Below, piece by piece: positions 42,299 through 52,844 of a stretch of DNA of 64,000 nucleotides. The DNA comes from Candidatus Woesearchaeota archaeon (GTDB taxonomy: Archaea; Nanobdellota; Nanobdellia; SCGC-AAA011-G17; GW2011-AR18): NCBI GenBank assembly GCA_018302765.1, contig JAGVZG010000002.1:1-64000 (forward strand), in the 5' to 3' direction. A model generated the notes under the pieces. The model was not told the origin of the DNA, searched no databases, and worked only from the letters and a program-made list of their open reading frames with translations. The translations under genes and the position numbers were made by a program. The first letter of the stretch is position 1; each line of letters opens with the position of its first letter.

Positions 42299-43375
42299 AT
42301 GGACATTGAAGATAAAATAAATATAATAAAAAGCCTTGCAGCAGAAATAGTAACAGAAGAAGAGCTAAGAGAACTATTAAAAACAAAGAGACAAATAATT
42401 GCATATGACGGTTTTGAACCTTCAGGCCAAATACATATTGCACAAGGACTAATGAGAACAATTACTGTAAATAAATTGACTTCTACAGGAATAAAATTTA
42501 GATTCTGGGTAGCAGATTGGTTTGCAATGTTAAATAATAAATTTGATGGAGATATGGGTAAAATAAGATTAGTTGGTGAATACTTTATAGAAGTATGGAA
42601 GGCCTGTGGCTTAAATATGAAAAATGTAGAATTTATCTGGACTTCTGACTTTATAAAAAAACATCCTGAATACTGGGAGACTGTTCTTAGGTTGTCAATG
42701 CATGCTTCTGTTCAGAGAGTATTAAGGTGCGGTCAAATAATGGGCAGAGAAGATAGTGTAAACAATCCTGCAGCACAAATACTTTATCCTTTAATGCAGG
42801 CTGCAGACATACATCATTTAGAAGCAGACATTGCGCAACTTGGGTTAGATCAAAGAAAAGTAAATATGCTGGCAAGAGAAGTATTTCCAAAACTTGGCTT
42901 TAAACCTCCTGTTGTTATTTCCCACCATATGCTACTGGGATTACAATTTACTGAATCTAATTTAGAAGGCATAGAGAAGAAAATAGCTATAAAAATGTCA
43001 AAGTCCAAGCCAGAGACAGCTATTTTCATGACAGATTCAAAAGAAGAGATTTTTAGAAAATTCTCTAAGGCCTATTGCCCAGAAGGCCAAGAACAAGATA
43101 ATCCTATATTGGAATACGCGAAATACATAGTGTTTGAAAAATGCAATAAAATTACAATAGAAAGACCTGCAAAATTTGGAGGTAATTTAACAGTAAAAAG
43201 TTATGATGGATTGAGGGATTTATTTATAGATAAAAAAATACATCCAATGGATCTAAAGAACTGTATAGCCAAATATATTAATGAACTGCTGGAACCTGTA
43301 AGACAACACTTTGAAAATAACAAAAAAGCAAAAGAGCTTAAAGAAAAAGTCCTAAGTTTTAAAGTAACTAGATAA
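42299..43375 (+). CDS. tyrS: Tyrosyl-tRNA synthetase (archaeal type)
   Basis: YDGFEPSGQIHIAQG, YPLMQAADI, GLDQRK, KMSKS, HPMDLK. Confidence 0.95.
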   Translation: MDIEDKINIIKSLAAEIVTEEELRELLKTKRQIIAYDGFEPSGQIHIAQGLMRTITVNKLTSTGIKFRFWVADWFAMLNNKFDGDMGKIRLVGEYFIEVWKACGLNMKNVEFIWTSDFIKKHPEYWETVLRLSMHASVQRVLRCGQIMGREDSVNNPAAQILYPLMQAADIHHLEADIAQLGLDQRKVNMLAREVFPKLGFKPPVVISHHMLLGLQFTESNLEGIEKKIAIKMSKSKPETAIFMTDSKEEIFRKFSKAYCPEGQEQDNPILEYAKYIVFEKCNKITIERPAKFGGNLTVKSYDGLRDLFIDKKIHPMDLKNCIAKYINELLEPVRQHFENNKKAKELKEKVLSFKVTR

Positions 43376-43436
43376 ATTCAAATAAATATAGAACTACAAT
43401 AAATTTTATAAATAGTATCTTAACACTAAATTTCTT

Positions 43437-43766
43437 ATGACAGATGTAATCCCAATAAATATAAGAAAAGATAGAGTAACAATAGAAAGAATATTAGATG
43501 AACTAAGTTCTACAACCATAGCTACAATAAAAGAAATGTTAATTCAAGAAGGTTTTGAAGTACGTGGACAGCATGGAGGACAAATTCATGTTCAAAATCC
43601 TTTGGAAAGTCATCCAGTATACTGTAAGAGACTTTTACCTGTTGGCTATTTAGGAGTAGATCTTGATGAAGGACAGAGTTATTTTGAATTAGTTAACATA
43701 GAATATACAAGCCTTAGTAGGTATCATGATAAACTAAGAGAAATTCCTTTACGTTTAGGAAATTAA
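43437..43766 (+). CDS. Hypothetical protein
   Basis: 109-aa ORF. Confidence 0.45.
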   Translation: MTDVIPINIRKDRVTIERILDELSSTTIATIKEMLIQEGFEVRGQHGGQIHVQNPLESHPVYCKRLLPVGYLGVDLDEGQSYFELVNIEYTSLSRYHDKLREIPLRLGN

Positions 43767-45967
43767 ATTGTTTTTAATTGTTCTATTGCATTATATAATA
43801 TTAAATAGGGACAATTCTTTTTATGATAATAATCTTGGTGCTTGGCTTCTATTCTTTTAATTGCTTTTTGAGCACTGTTTAAAGATGAAACCATTACATC
43901 CCTCTTGTTATTTTTAACCTGACTATAAATTTCCAAAGTCCTGATAATTATAGAGTTTAGAAAAGCTAGTTCATATTCAGAAATATTGATATCTATATGG
44001 TCATCTGAATATTCGGCAAAACTATTAAAGTGTTTAAGCGCCACCCTGTCTAGTTCATTGTCATCAAGACATTGATATTGGTTTAGTAAATTTGCTGTGT
44101 CAAATGTCAATGGAACCAATCTTCCTTCTTCTAAGTCCAAAGCTACAACACCGCCAAATTCATCAAATTTCCAATTTCCTGGATGCCCATCTTTATTATA
44201 CACTTTTTTTATGTTAGATAAAGAATCATTTAATTGAGCTAGATTAAAATAAACAGCATCAACTAGATGCATAGGGACATCAACTGAATTTAACCTTTCT
44301 CTAATTGTATCTAAATAACTTCTTTCAGCAATATTTTCTGTATCAAATCTTGCATGGATCAATCCCATGAAATCAGCTACAGCATAGAAATCATCAACTT
44401 TTGCCCTGCCTTCCCTTATTCTGTCTGCCAGAAGATCTCCAGCAACCATTTCCATAATGTAATAATTCTTATCCTGTATTTTTATAACACCAACCGGAAC
44501 AGGAACATCACGATCTTCAAAATCAGAAGTTATTTCTGCAATATTTTCTGTAGTTCTAATTTCCCCCTCTAAGTCTTTAACATTTCCGTGTTTGGCAATA
44601 ACTTCCTCTTTTAAAAGATCATTATCAAATCTTGCAACAATGTGCTTATTTCCTAAAATGTCTTGCAAACAATTATTATTTTCTAAAATTTTGTAAACTG
44701 CTCTGATTTTCTGTGCCCTTCCAGAATGTTTGTATCCTAAAACATCTAAAACCTTCCCATACATATAAACCAAATTAGCATCTTCAGGATTGTTGTCAAC
44801 AGCAGACTTCATCTCATCAACAGCAGAAACATCTTTATTTAACAAATTAATAAATACCTTATTGATAATTGAAACCTCGTCATGCTTTCTACAGAATAAA
44901 CTCTTTATAGACCTTATTAATTTATTCAATATGAAAGTTCTTCTAAAGAAATCAGCATAGCTTATATGCTCTGATTTTTTTGAAAATAATCTTAATGCTC
45001 TTCTATAGCATCTAAAAGCATTATCTCTTTCTTCGTTTTCATAATAGTTATTACCAAGCTCTACAAGATCTTCTATAGTTTTCTCTATGCTATTTTGTAA
45101 ATTAACTATTTTCTCCTGGTAATGCAATGCTTTTCTTTTATTGCCAATAGCGGAATGATATAATCTTGCAGCCCTGTAACTATAGTCTTTTAATGTTGTT
45201 GGATGCAAAGCAGAAGTAATAACTAATAGGCTTCCAAATGTAACAGCAGTTTCAACCCCGGCTCTAGCTGCAGTAGAAGCAATAGCTCCCGGATGACTTA
45301 ATATATCTTCTAATAAATTTCCAGTTAAAAATCCTTGATATGAAGTTATTCTGCGTTGTGATCTAAACAAGTACGTTGTATAAAAATAATACAAGAAAGC
45401 TAAGCTAGATATTGCTGCAGGAGCAATATTATAAATTAACCCTCCAATAGAACTTTTTACCCTTCTGATTCCTTTTCTTATTTTTCTTAAGTTATTAAGT
45501 CCTCTGCTTGCAGCTTCAGTTAATATTCCTGCCTGAACAGCATGCGCTACTGTCAAGCTCTCTACTCCTCCAGGAACAACGTCAGCCATTTCATATTCCC
45601 CATAATAAGTAGCTAATCCTGCAATAGTAGTTCCAATCAAAGCCGCAATTTTCGGGTTATGCAAAAACCAATTGTAAATGCCTTTTGTTGCAAACTTTCT
45701 AGCTTCCAAAACATATTCTTTTATTAAACCAAGAACTGCGTATACTCCATAAGAAGATGCAAGATTAATTTGAGCAATAGGAATAATTTCTGGGTATCTT
45801 GACCTTATGTATTCAGCTACTAAAAAAGCAATACTTGAGGTAGCAATAGGGTGTCTTGATAATGGATGATCTAGAAAATATTTTATTTTAGAGCCTAATC
45901 TTCTGCTAAGTGCTAATTCATGCTCGAAATCTTCCCTAACTATATCTTCGAGAAATTTAGTCTGCAT
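43763..45967 (-). CDS. Multi-TM protein with TPR-like helices and C-terminal APH/choline-kinase-like phosphotransferase domain
   Basis: N-terminal TM helices; ELGNNYY...AFRCYRRAL; YIMEMV, HKDG-like NKDGHPGNW, ALDLE, FDTANL. Confidence 0.6.
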   Translation of the reverse strand: MQTKFLEDIVREDFEHELALSRRLGSKIKYFLDHPLSRHPIATSSIAFLVAEYIRSRYPEIIPIAQINLASSYGVYAVLGLIKEYVLEARKFATKGIYNWFLHNPKIAALIGTTIAGLATYYGEYEMADVVPGGVESLTVAHAVQAGILTEAASRGLNNLRKIRKGIRRVKSSIGGLIYNIAPAAISSLAFLYYFYTTYLFRSQRRITSYQGFLTGNLLEDILSHPGAIASTAARAGVETAVTFGSLLVITSALHPTTLKDYSYRAARLYHSAIGNKRKALHYQEKIVNLQNSIEKTIEDLVELGNNYYENEERDNAFRCYRRALRLFSKKSEHISYADFFRRTFILNKLIRSIKSLFCRKHDEVSIINKVFINLLNKDVSAVDEMKSAVDNNPEDANLVYMYGKVLDVLGYKHSGRAQKIRAVYKILENNNCLQDILGNKHIVARFDNDLLKEEVIAKHGNVKDLEGEIRTTENIAEITSDFEDRDVPVPVGVIKIQDKNYYIMEMVAGDLLADRIREGRAKVDDFYAVADFMGLIHARFDTENIAERSYLDTIRERLNSVDVPMHLVDAVYFNLAQLNDSLSNIKKVYNKDGHPGNWKFDEFGGVVALDLEEGRLVPLTFDTANLLNQYQCLDDNELDRVALKHFNSFAEYSDDHIDINISEYELAFLNSIIIRTLEIYSQVKNNKRDVMVSSLNSAQKAIKRIEAKHQDYYHKKNCPYLILYNAIEQLKTI

Positions 45968-46021
45968 TAAATTTTGAAATTACAATGAAGTTAAAGATAT
46001 TATTAAGTTTCAATATATAGT

Positions 46022-46789
46022 TTATTTTGCAGCAATTAGCCATAAAATATCAAAATAATTTCTAAAACCGTCTGCCACATCTTTTTCTCTTATTATTGTA
46101 AATATTGGCTCATCTTTCCAAACAACAATAGATATATTATTTCCATAAATATATACAGACATATTAATATTATTTTTGTTATTGAGATATTTTACTTCAG
46201 ACAGAGGAACATCTTTAACAAAATTTTTATTTTTTGAGTTTATGTCAAGCAGCATTTTAATTTTAATCTTCTTCTCTGCTCTCCTTGAATTAAATCTGGA
46301 AAAATATAGGTTTATTATTTCATTTGATTCCATTAGCTTTCCCATAAATAATATTTCCCTGCTTTCTTTAATTTGATCATCAAAAATAGTTTTCAAAGCT
46401 TGTTTACCTCTGAAAAACAAGACTTCATTTTTTGTTTTTGTAGATTTATATAGTCCTTTAATCTCAGGCAGTATTGCCTTAATTGTTTCTTCCTTCTCTT
46501 TTAAAATTTCTAATAGTCTTTCAGGATTTACAGCCTCAAAATTTCTTTTATTTTCTATAATTATATTACTAACTAATCCTTTGGTTCTTAATCTATATAA
46601 AATATCATAGGCAGTTCTTCTATGAATTCCTGTTTCCTTTGCTATAACCCCCGCCAAAGAAGGACCTTTTATTACCAATGTCAAATATATCTTAGCTTCA
46701 ACTGAAGTTAATCCCATTTCCTCTAGCTCCTTTTGCATAGCATTATTAAAATTAATATACAATATAAATCTTGTGGTGAAATATAGCAC
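46022..46789 (-). CDS. TrmB-family transcriptional regulator
   Basis: GLTSVEAKIYLTL, IAKETGIHRRTAYDIL, FEAVNPERL; real start probably MQKELEEMG. Confidence 0.85.
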   Translation of the reverse strand: MLYFTTRFILYINFNNAMQKELEEMGLTSVEAKIYLTLVIKGPSLAGVIAKETGIHRRTAYDILYRLRTKGLVSNIIIENKRNFEAVNPERLLEILKEKEETIKAILPEIKGLYKSTKTKNEVLFFRGKQALKTIFDDQIKESREILFMGKLMESNEIINLYFSRFNSRRAEKKIKIKMLLDINSKNKNFVKDVPLSEVKYLNNKNNINMSVYIYGNNISIVVWKDEPIFTIIREKDVADGFRNYFDILWLIAAK

Positions 46790-46827
46790 CTCAAATATTT
46801 AAATAAACAAGTTAATAAACAAATTGT

Positions 46828-48189
46828 ATGGCAACAGAATCAAGAATAGAAACACCTGAACCAATACCACGAATTTACGGTTTGGCAACAAGAACAAGTT
46901 CAAATGTTCATATAGTTTATCCTATTTCAGCTTTTTTGACTGCAACAGTCCAGCTTGCCACCCAAGAAGAACTTTCCAGAGACGTTGCTCAATGGCAAAA
47001 ATATAGGAAGTGGTTAAGAGAAAGAACAGAAAAATGTGAACATACAAGACCTGATTCTCCAGTTTTCAAGCTGGGTAAAAAGGCAAGCAAGCTTGTTGAT
47101 GCCGATCCAGCAGAGGCTAAAGAAGCAATTCTAGAGGCAATAGTTAGAGATGAGGATGCAATGAACTTGTGGGTAAAAGACAGATATGAAGAAGCTCTTG
47201 AAAGTCCAAAACCATATTATAAAATAATGAACTTAACATCTGGCGTTGCCTCAAAGAGCAATTCTAGAGGAAGAAGTGCACATAGACTCGTTTCAATTGC
47301 AAATCCAAATTTAACAAGAGGCGGAAGCTTGGGCATTCAAGAATTAAACTGCGGATGCGAGGACTCTTTCTATAATGGATTAAGAAGCAAACAAAATGCA
47401 GTTTTCTGTCATCATAGCGCAGCATTATTACTAGCTTATCATGCTACTGTAACAGGAAGAGACAAACTTGTAAAATTAGCATTCACTAAAGAAATACCAG
47501 ATGATCCAGCACTTCCATTTGATATTACACCATATAATACAAGATCAACAGCTTATCTAAATATAGATTTCTTAGTAGCGAGATACGTTGAAAGAACTAG
47601 TTTATTTGAAATAAACAGGAAGTTAGCTAGATTAGGACATCTGTTATTTACGCCAGCAGTAAACACAATGCTAAGAGACGGTAGAATGTGGTTTGAAGTT
47701 GTAAGAAATGGACTAAAAAAAGTAAAAGAAAGTCCAAGATACATGGCTGATACGTTTGGGTTATTAACAAGGGTAAAAGAAACCTTGAGAGCTGAAGGCT
47801 ACAGGGGTGTTGGCTACTGCATTGAATATGAAGGAACACCTTATGAAGCAATAACTCAGAGATGGACAAGTGAAGATAAAAAAGAAGGAATATCTTTAGT
47901 TTATACAGAAAGTCTACCTCTGCACTATGTACGCAGAAGATTTATAGACGGAGAAACAGACAACTATGGAGATGCAAAATTTAGATTAACAAGTGAAAAA
48001 AAAGAGCTGCTTTCTTCACATCCATACTCCAGAATTGGTAAAGAATATGAAGACATAGATGACATGACTAGAAGAAGATCTAGAACTAAAGTTATATTGC
48101 CAGGAAATCCAAAAGCCAGGAACAGTATTGCTGTACCTACATCAGTTACAAAAAGACAAAGAGAAGTTTTTGATTCACTAGTTAAATAA
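46828..48189 (+). CDS. SWIM zinc-finger-containing hypothetical protein
   Basis: CGCEDSFY...FCHHSAA fits CxC-x(n)-CxH. Confidence 0.55.
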   Translation: MATESRIETPEPIPRIYGLATRTSSNVHIVYPISAFLTATVQLATQEELSRDVAQWQKYRKWLRERTEKCEHTRPDSPVFKLGKKASKLVDADPAEAKEAILEAIVRDEDAMNLWVKDRYEEALESPKPYYKIMNLTSGVASKSNSRGRSAHRLVSIANPNLTRGGSLGIQELNCGCEDSFYNGLRSKQNAVFCHHSAALLLAYHATVTGRDKLVKLAFTKEIPDDPALPFDITPYNTRSTAYLNIDFLVARYVERTSLFEINRKLARLGHLLFTPAVNTMLRDGRMWFEVVRNGLKKVKESPRYMADTFGLLTRVKETLRAEGYRGVGYCIEYEGTPYEAITQRWTSEDKKEGISLVYTESLPLHYVRRRFIDGETDNYGDAKFRLTSEKKELLSSHPYSRIGKEYEDIDDMTRRRSRTKVILPGNPKARNSIAVPTSVTKRQREVFDSLVK

Positions 48190-48772
48190 TTCTTAATAAA
48201 TAAATAGCTAGGCCTGAAAACAAAGGTATTGTAAGATTATCATTTACTACAAAGTTCTTATACCTTAATTCAATAGATTCTACTATCATACCTATTACTG
48301 CTCCAAAAAATGCTTCTTTATAGTTTACAAAAATAACAGCACCGACAAAAGACAAAATAATTCCTGCTATGGTTCCTTCAATTAATTTCTTTTTGTTCAA
48401 TGGGTGCTTAATTCTCCCAAAATGTATTCCTATTAATGAACCAACAGCATCTCCTATTGATAAAATCATAATTGATGCGAGAGCTGTATTTTTTTCAAAT
48501 AAAATTAAAGATAATAAACAACCAGCTATAAAATATATTGCACCATTGCCTGGCTTATTTTTCAAATCATCCTTTCTATCCATTTGTTTTAATAACCAGT
48601 AGAAAACAGGAATTTCAATTTTTTTATTTAGAAGTGAAGTTATTATTCCTAATATTAGAATTATTCCAAGAATTAATGAATTAAATATTCCTAAATCAAC
48701 CAGTATTACTATAATCAAGCCACATATTAAATGAAAAAGTTTTCTTTTAACTTCTAGTTCGTTAAACTGCAT
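48182..48772 (-). CDS. Dolichol/phytol/diacylglycerol kinase-like membrane protein (CTP-dependent)
   Basis: RKLFHL, LSIGDAVGSLIG..FG, KK.IEGT, DNLTIPL. Confidence 0.82.
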   Translation of the reverse strand: MQFNELEVKRKLFHLICGLIIVILVDLGIFNSLILGIILILGIITSLLNKKIEIPVFYWLLKQMDRKDDLKNKPGNGAIYFIAGCLLSLILFEKNTALASIMILSIGDAVGSLIGIHFGRIKHPLNKKKLIEGTIAGIILSFVGAVIFVNYKEAFFGAVIGMIVESIELRYKNFVVNDNLTIPLFSGLAIYLLRII

Positions 48773-48821
48773 GATTATATATTGATAAAAAATTATTTAA
48801 AAGTAACTTGTTTGTTTACTA

Positions 48822-49331
48822 TTAATCTTTATTACGTTTTAATATACTCTCAAGACCGCTTCTTGCATTTCTTACATCGTTTCCTATAGAACTGCCACTT
48901 CTATAACCTTTTGCAGCTTCTATTCCAAGTTCAGCAGTCATTGCACCATCTAATAAAACACTGCCGAAATTTCCACTAGCAAAATTAGACAATGCAAAGT
49001 ATCCATATAAAACTGCACCAGTTACTTTGGCTAATCTTATGTATGGATTATGAGCTAAATCTGGATAAAAAAATATCTCAGTAAGCCTTTCACTACCACA
49101 AATAACAGCACCCCAAAAATTAGCAACACTTGTTAACGGCCTTAATAATATATTTGCTCCATATAAAATACTTGGTCTAATAGTGTCGTCTTTAGTTGCT
49201 TTAACTAAATAGCCTCCTGTATTTTTAACATAATGACCTAAGTTTGTTCGTCTTTTTACAATTCTTGTCATAAAAAATATAATTATAGGACATTTATAAA
49301 TGTTTTTATTATTACTACTAAAAAGATACAA
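48822..49331 (-). CDS. Hypothetical membrane protein
   Basis: Hydrophobic segments; likely start MTRIVKRR. Confidence 0.45.
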   Translation of the reverse strand: MYLFSSNNKNIYKCPIIIFFMTRIVKRRTNLGHYVKNTGGYLVKATKDDTIRPSILYGANILLRPLTSVANFWGAVICGSERLTEIFFYPDLAHNPYIRLAKVTGAVLYGYFALSNFASGNFGSVLLDGAMTAELGIEAAKGYRSGSSIGNDVRNARSGLESILKRNKD

Positions 49332-49398
49332 TAATATTATTAATTTGTAACTCTTATGAAATAGTAACTTTTATATATAACTATGTTTTACAAAAAAG

Positions 49399-51075
49399 AT
49401 GGGGAAAAAATTTTATCTTTCATTATTTATAGTTTTCTTAATGGCATTAATGCTAAATTCTTTAATAGTTTCAGCAGCTCCTACAATAATAGATACTTGC
49501 ACAATTATAGATAAACCTGGAGACTATGAACTTACAGCTGATATTATAGGTAATACTCTTATAAATCCTCTTATATTAAATCCATTTGGTGCAGGTTGGT
49601 TTTGCATTGGGATAGCTTCTTCAGACGTTAATTTGAATTGTAATGGGTATTCTATAGACAGATCAGGACCGGGTCTAACAGGTCTTCGGGGTCTAATGGG
49701 TATTTACTTAGCCCGCGAAAATGCCTTACCAAATGGAGGAATAAGTAATGTTTCAATTTCTAACTGCAAAGTGATAAATTATGAGGATGGTATTTATTTT
49801 GATGATGGTGTAAATCATACTCAAATTATAGGGAACACTGTTAAAAGTAATTATCGCGGTATTCTGGTTCAGGGTTCTCATAATACAATAAGTTATAATA
49901 CTGTTAAAGGTAACTATGAGGTTGGCATTAGAATTTATGGCGGCACATATTCTCATAGTGTATTTAATACAGTAAGTCTTAATTCTATTTCTTGGACAGG
50001 GAGAAATAAACATGAACGTGGAAAGGGTATTTCCCTAGGGGGCGTTGGTGTAAATAAAACAAGCATTTATCTCAACAAAATTTATGATAATGTGTGGGGA
50101 ATTTATGTAGCTGATGGGTCTTCTCATAACGATATTGGACTTAATGAAATTTATAAAAATGAAAGAGGGGTTTTTCTTAGAAGCATTTCACCATATTATT
50201 ACAATACCGGCAATAATTTTCTTGAGAATTCAATAAGGGACAATGTGGAAGGTGTTTTTGTTCAAGATGGATTGAATGCCTTATTTCATAAAAATAAAGT
50301 TTATGGAAATGATTTTGGTTTTGCAATTGTTAAAGACATAACTAATAGTCATGGCGATGGGTGGTCTAGAGTAGGCCCTATTAGTGTTTCTCTAAAAGAA
50401 AATGAAATTTATAACAACAAACAAGGTTTCAATGTTACAAGGGTTGCTCCTAGCGGTACAAATTCTTTATTTACTATGAGTGAGGATCATTTTTATAACA
50501 ATGATAAAGATTTGGTTGTTGATAGTGGCAACTACGGTACTATAATTAATGACACTGCAACTGACATGACTAATAATTATAAAACTTATTTACTTTTAAA
50601 TAAAGTTGTATTTGACAGCCCTCCTGGAAAAAGACATAAGTTTACTACACTTTCTATGTTAGAGGATTTAGATGAAATTATTTCAAGCCGTAAGAATGAT
50701 TTTACTTATTCAATATCCTGGTCTAATCAACCAGCACCTACACCTATTGATTTTAAATCTTTTGCTGATAAATTTATTTCAGTTGAGACTACTAAAGGCA
50801 GTCCACAAATAGATAAAATGGTATGGCATTGGAAAGACAGTGAAGTAGGCAATATTTACAAAGAAAATAGTTTTGATATTTATAACTATTTTTCCAGCTG
50901 GAATAAAATGCCAGCTACCTTAGATATAACTACAAATACTTTAACTTTAAATAACTTAATTGAACCTCATGGTGTTTATGGTATTTTAGAATTCAGGTTG
51001 CCAAGAAGACCAGGTCCTTGTACGTTATCAAAACTATCTTCATCTGAGTGTATAAAAATTGAAGAAACTGTTTAA
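49399..51075 (+). CDS. Secreted parallel beta-helix (NosD/PbH1-like) protein
   Basis: Signal peptide; repeated N.I..N..GI.L turns. Confidence 0.8.
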   Translation: MGKKFYLSLFIVFLMALMLNSLIVSAAPTIIDTCTIIDKPGDYELTADIIGNTLINPLILNPFGAGWFCIGIASSDVNLNCNGYSIDRSGPGLTGLRGLMGIYLARENALPNGGISNVSISNCKVINYEDGIYFDDGVNHTQIIGNTVKSNYRGILVQGSHNTISYNTVKGNYEVGIRIYGGTYSHSVFNTVSLNSISWTGRNKHERGKGISLGGVGVNKTSIYLNKIYDNVWGIYVADGSSHNDIGLNEIYKNERGVFLRSISPYYYNTGNNFLENSIRDNVEGVFVQDGLNALFHKNKVYGNDFGFAIVKDITNSHGDGWSRVGPISVSLKENEIYNNKQGFNVTRVAPSGTNSLFTMSEDHFYNNDKDLVVDSGNYGTIINDTATDMTNNYKTYLLLNKVVFDSPPGKRHKFTTLSMLEDLDEIISSRKNDFTYSISWSNQPAPTPIDFKSFADKFISVETTKGSPQIDKMVWHWKDSEVGNIYKENSFDIYNYFSSWNKMPATLDITTNTLTLNNLIEPHGVYGILEFRLPRRPGPCTLSKLSSSECIKIEETV

Positions 51076-51125
51076 AGAATTCTGCATTAAAAATGTTTAT
51101 ATAATAATATTTCAATATATTTCTT

Positions 51126-52844
51126 ATGAAAAACCAAGAGGTGGCTGAAATACTTTTCAAAGTAGCTGATTTGCTAGAGTTGCAAGATGAGATAAGATTC
51201 AAATACTTGGCTTATAGAAAAGCAGCCCAAACAATAGAAAGATTATCCCAAGACATACTAGAGATTTATAAAAAAGGAGGAATAAAAGCATTAGAAGAAA
51301 TACCTTCTATTGGCTCAGGAATAGCTGAAAAAATAGAAGAGATATTAAAAACTGGAAAATTAAATTATCTAGAAGAATTAAAAAGTAAAATTCCTATTGA
51401 TGTTGATTCTTTAATGGGTGTAGAAGGTCTTGGATCAAAAAGAATAGGAACACTATATAAAAAACTAAAAATAAAAAACATTAAAGATTTAGAAGGAGCA
51501 GCAAAACAAGGAAAAATAAAAAACATTCCAGGATTTGGAACTAAAGTAGAAGAAAACATTCTAAAAGCAATTGAATTTTCTAGAACAGCTAAACAGAGGT
51601 TTGTATTAGGTTTTGTCTGGCCTACAATTCTAGAATTAGAAAAGAAAATTAAGTCTATTAAATATGTTCATAGAATTGAGATATGCGGCAGTGTTAGAAG
51701 AAGAAAGGAAACTATTGCAGACCTAGATATTTTAACAATAAGCAATAATCCTGTAAAAGTAATTGATACTTTTACTAAACTAGAGGAGGTAAAAAGAATA
51801 TTAGCAAAAGGCGGTACAAAAAGCACAGTTATTTTAAGAAACAATATGCAGGTTGATCTAAGAGTTCTCCCAAAAGAAAGCTTTGGCGCTGCAATGCAAT
51901 ATTTTATAGGAGATAAAAATCATAATGTAAAATTAAGAAGAATAGCAATTTCCAAAGGCTATAAACTCAGCGAATATGGCTTGTTCAAAGAAAAAAAAGC
52001 AATAGCTGCAGAAGATGAAGAAGAGATTTATAAATCTTTAGGATTAGATTATATTGAACCAGAAATGAGAGAGGATTCTGGAGAAATAGAATTGGCAATG
52101 AAGCATAAAATTCCAAAATTAATTCAATTAAGTGATATAAAAGGAGATCTTCATATGCATACAAACCAAAGTGATGGCTTAAATACTATGGAAGAAATGA
52201 TAGAAAAAGCAATTTCTTTAGGCAGAAAATATATTGCAATAAGCGATCATACTGGATTTTTACAAGTTGCTCATGGCTTAAATGAAAGGCAGTTATTAAA
52301 ACAAAAAGAGAACACAGAAAAAATGAAGAAAAAATATGGCAATAAAATTACAGTTTTAAGCGGGTGCGAAGTAAACATTAAGGACAATGGAAAACCAGAT
52401 ATTAGAGACTCTATTTTAAAGCAGCTTGATGTTGTAACTGCAAGCATCCATACAGGATTTAAAGGCTCTGAAGAAAAAACCACTAAAAGGACAATTGCAG
52501 CAATGGAAAATCCAAATGTTGACATTATAGGACATCCAACAGGGAGAGTACTGCAAAAAAGAAACCCTTTTGCTATTAACTTAAATAATGTCTTTGAAAA
52601 GGCAAGAGAAACAGGAACTTGTCTAGAGATAAATTCATTTCCTACTAGGCTAGATCTAAAAGACATTCATATTAAAGAAGCTATTAAAAATAAAATCAAA
52701 TTAGTTATATCAACAGACTCCCATGAAGTCTTGCATCAAGAATTTATGCAGTTTGGAGTTTGGCAGGCAAGAAGAGGCTGGGCAGAAGCTAAGAATATTC
52801 TAAATACTTTGCATCTAGATAAATTTTTAAAAAATCTAAAATGA
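51126..52844 (+). CDS. polX: DNA polymerase X with C-terminal PHP domain
   Basis: AYRKAA, GSVRRRKETIADLDIL, QVDLRV, DLHMHT..SDG, ISDH, HPTGR, STDSH. Confidence 0.95.
   Translation: MKNQEVAEILFKVADLLELQDEIRFKYLAYRKAAQTIERLSQDILEIYKKGGIKALEEIPSIGSGIAEKIEEILKTGKLNYLEELKSKIPIDVDSLMGVEGLGSKRIGTLYKKLKIKNIKDLEGAAKQGKIKNIPGFGTKVEENILKAIEFSRTAKQRFVLGFVWPTILELEKKIKSIKYVHRIEICGSVRRRKETIADLDILTISNNPVKVIDTFTKLEEVKRILAKGGTKSTVILRNNMQVDLRVLPKESFGAAMQYFIGDKNHNVKLRRIAISKGYKLSEYGLFKEKKAIAAEDEEEIYKSLGLDYIEPEMREDSGEIELAMKHKIPKLIQLSDIKGDLHMHTNQSDGLNTMEEMIEKAISLGRKYIAISDHTGFLQVAHGLNERQLLKQKENTEKMKKKYGNKITVLSGCEVNIKDNGKPDIRDSILKQLDVVTASIHTGFKGSEEKTTKRTIAAMENPNVDIIGHPTGRVLQKRNPFAINLNNVFEKARETGTCLEINSFPTRLDLKDIHIKEAIKNKIKLVISTDSHEVLHQEFMQFGVWQARRGWAEAKNILNTLHLDKFLKNLK

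Noticed and set aside
46828-48189. SWIM protein as the effector partner of the RT
   Set aside because: It is 9 kb away and separated by many unrelated genes.
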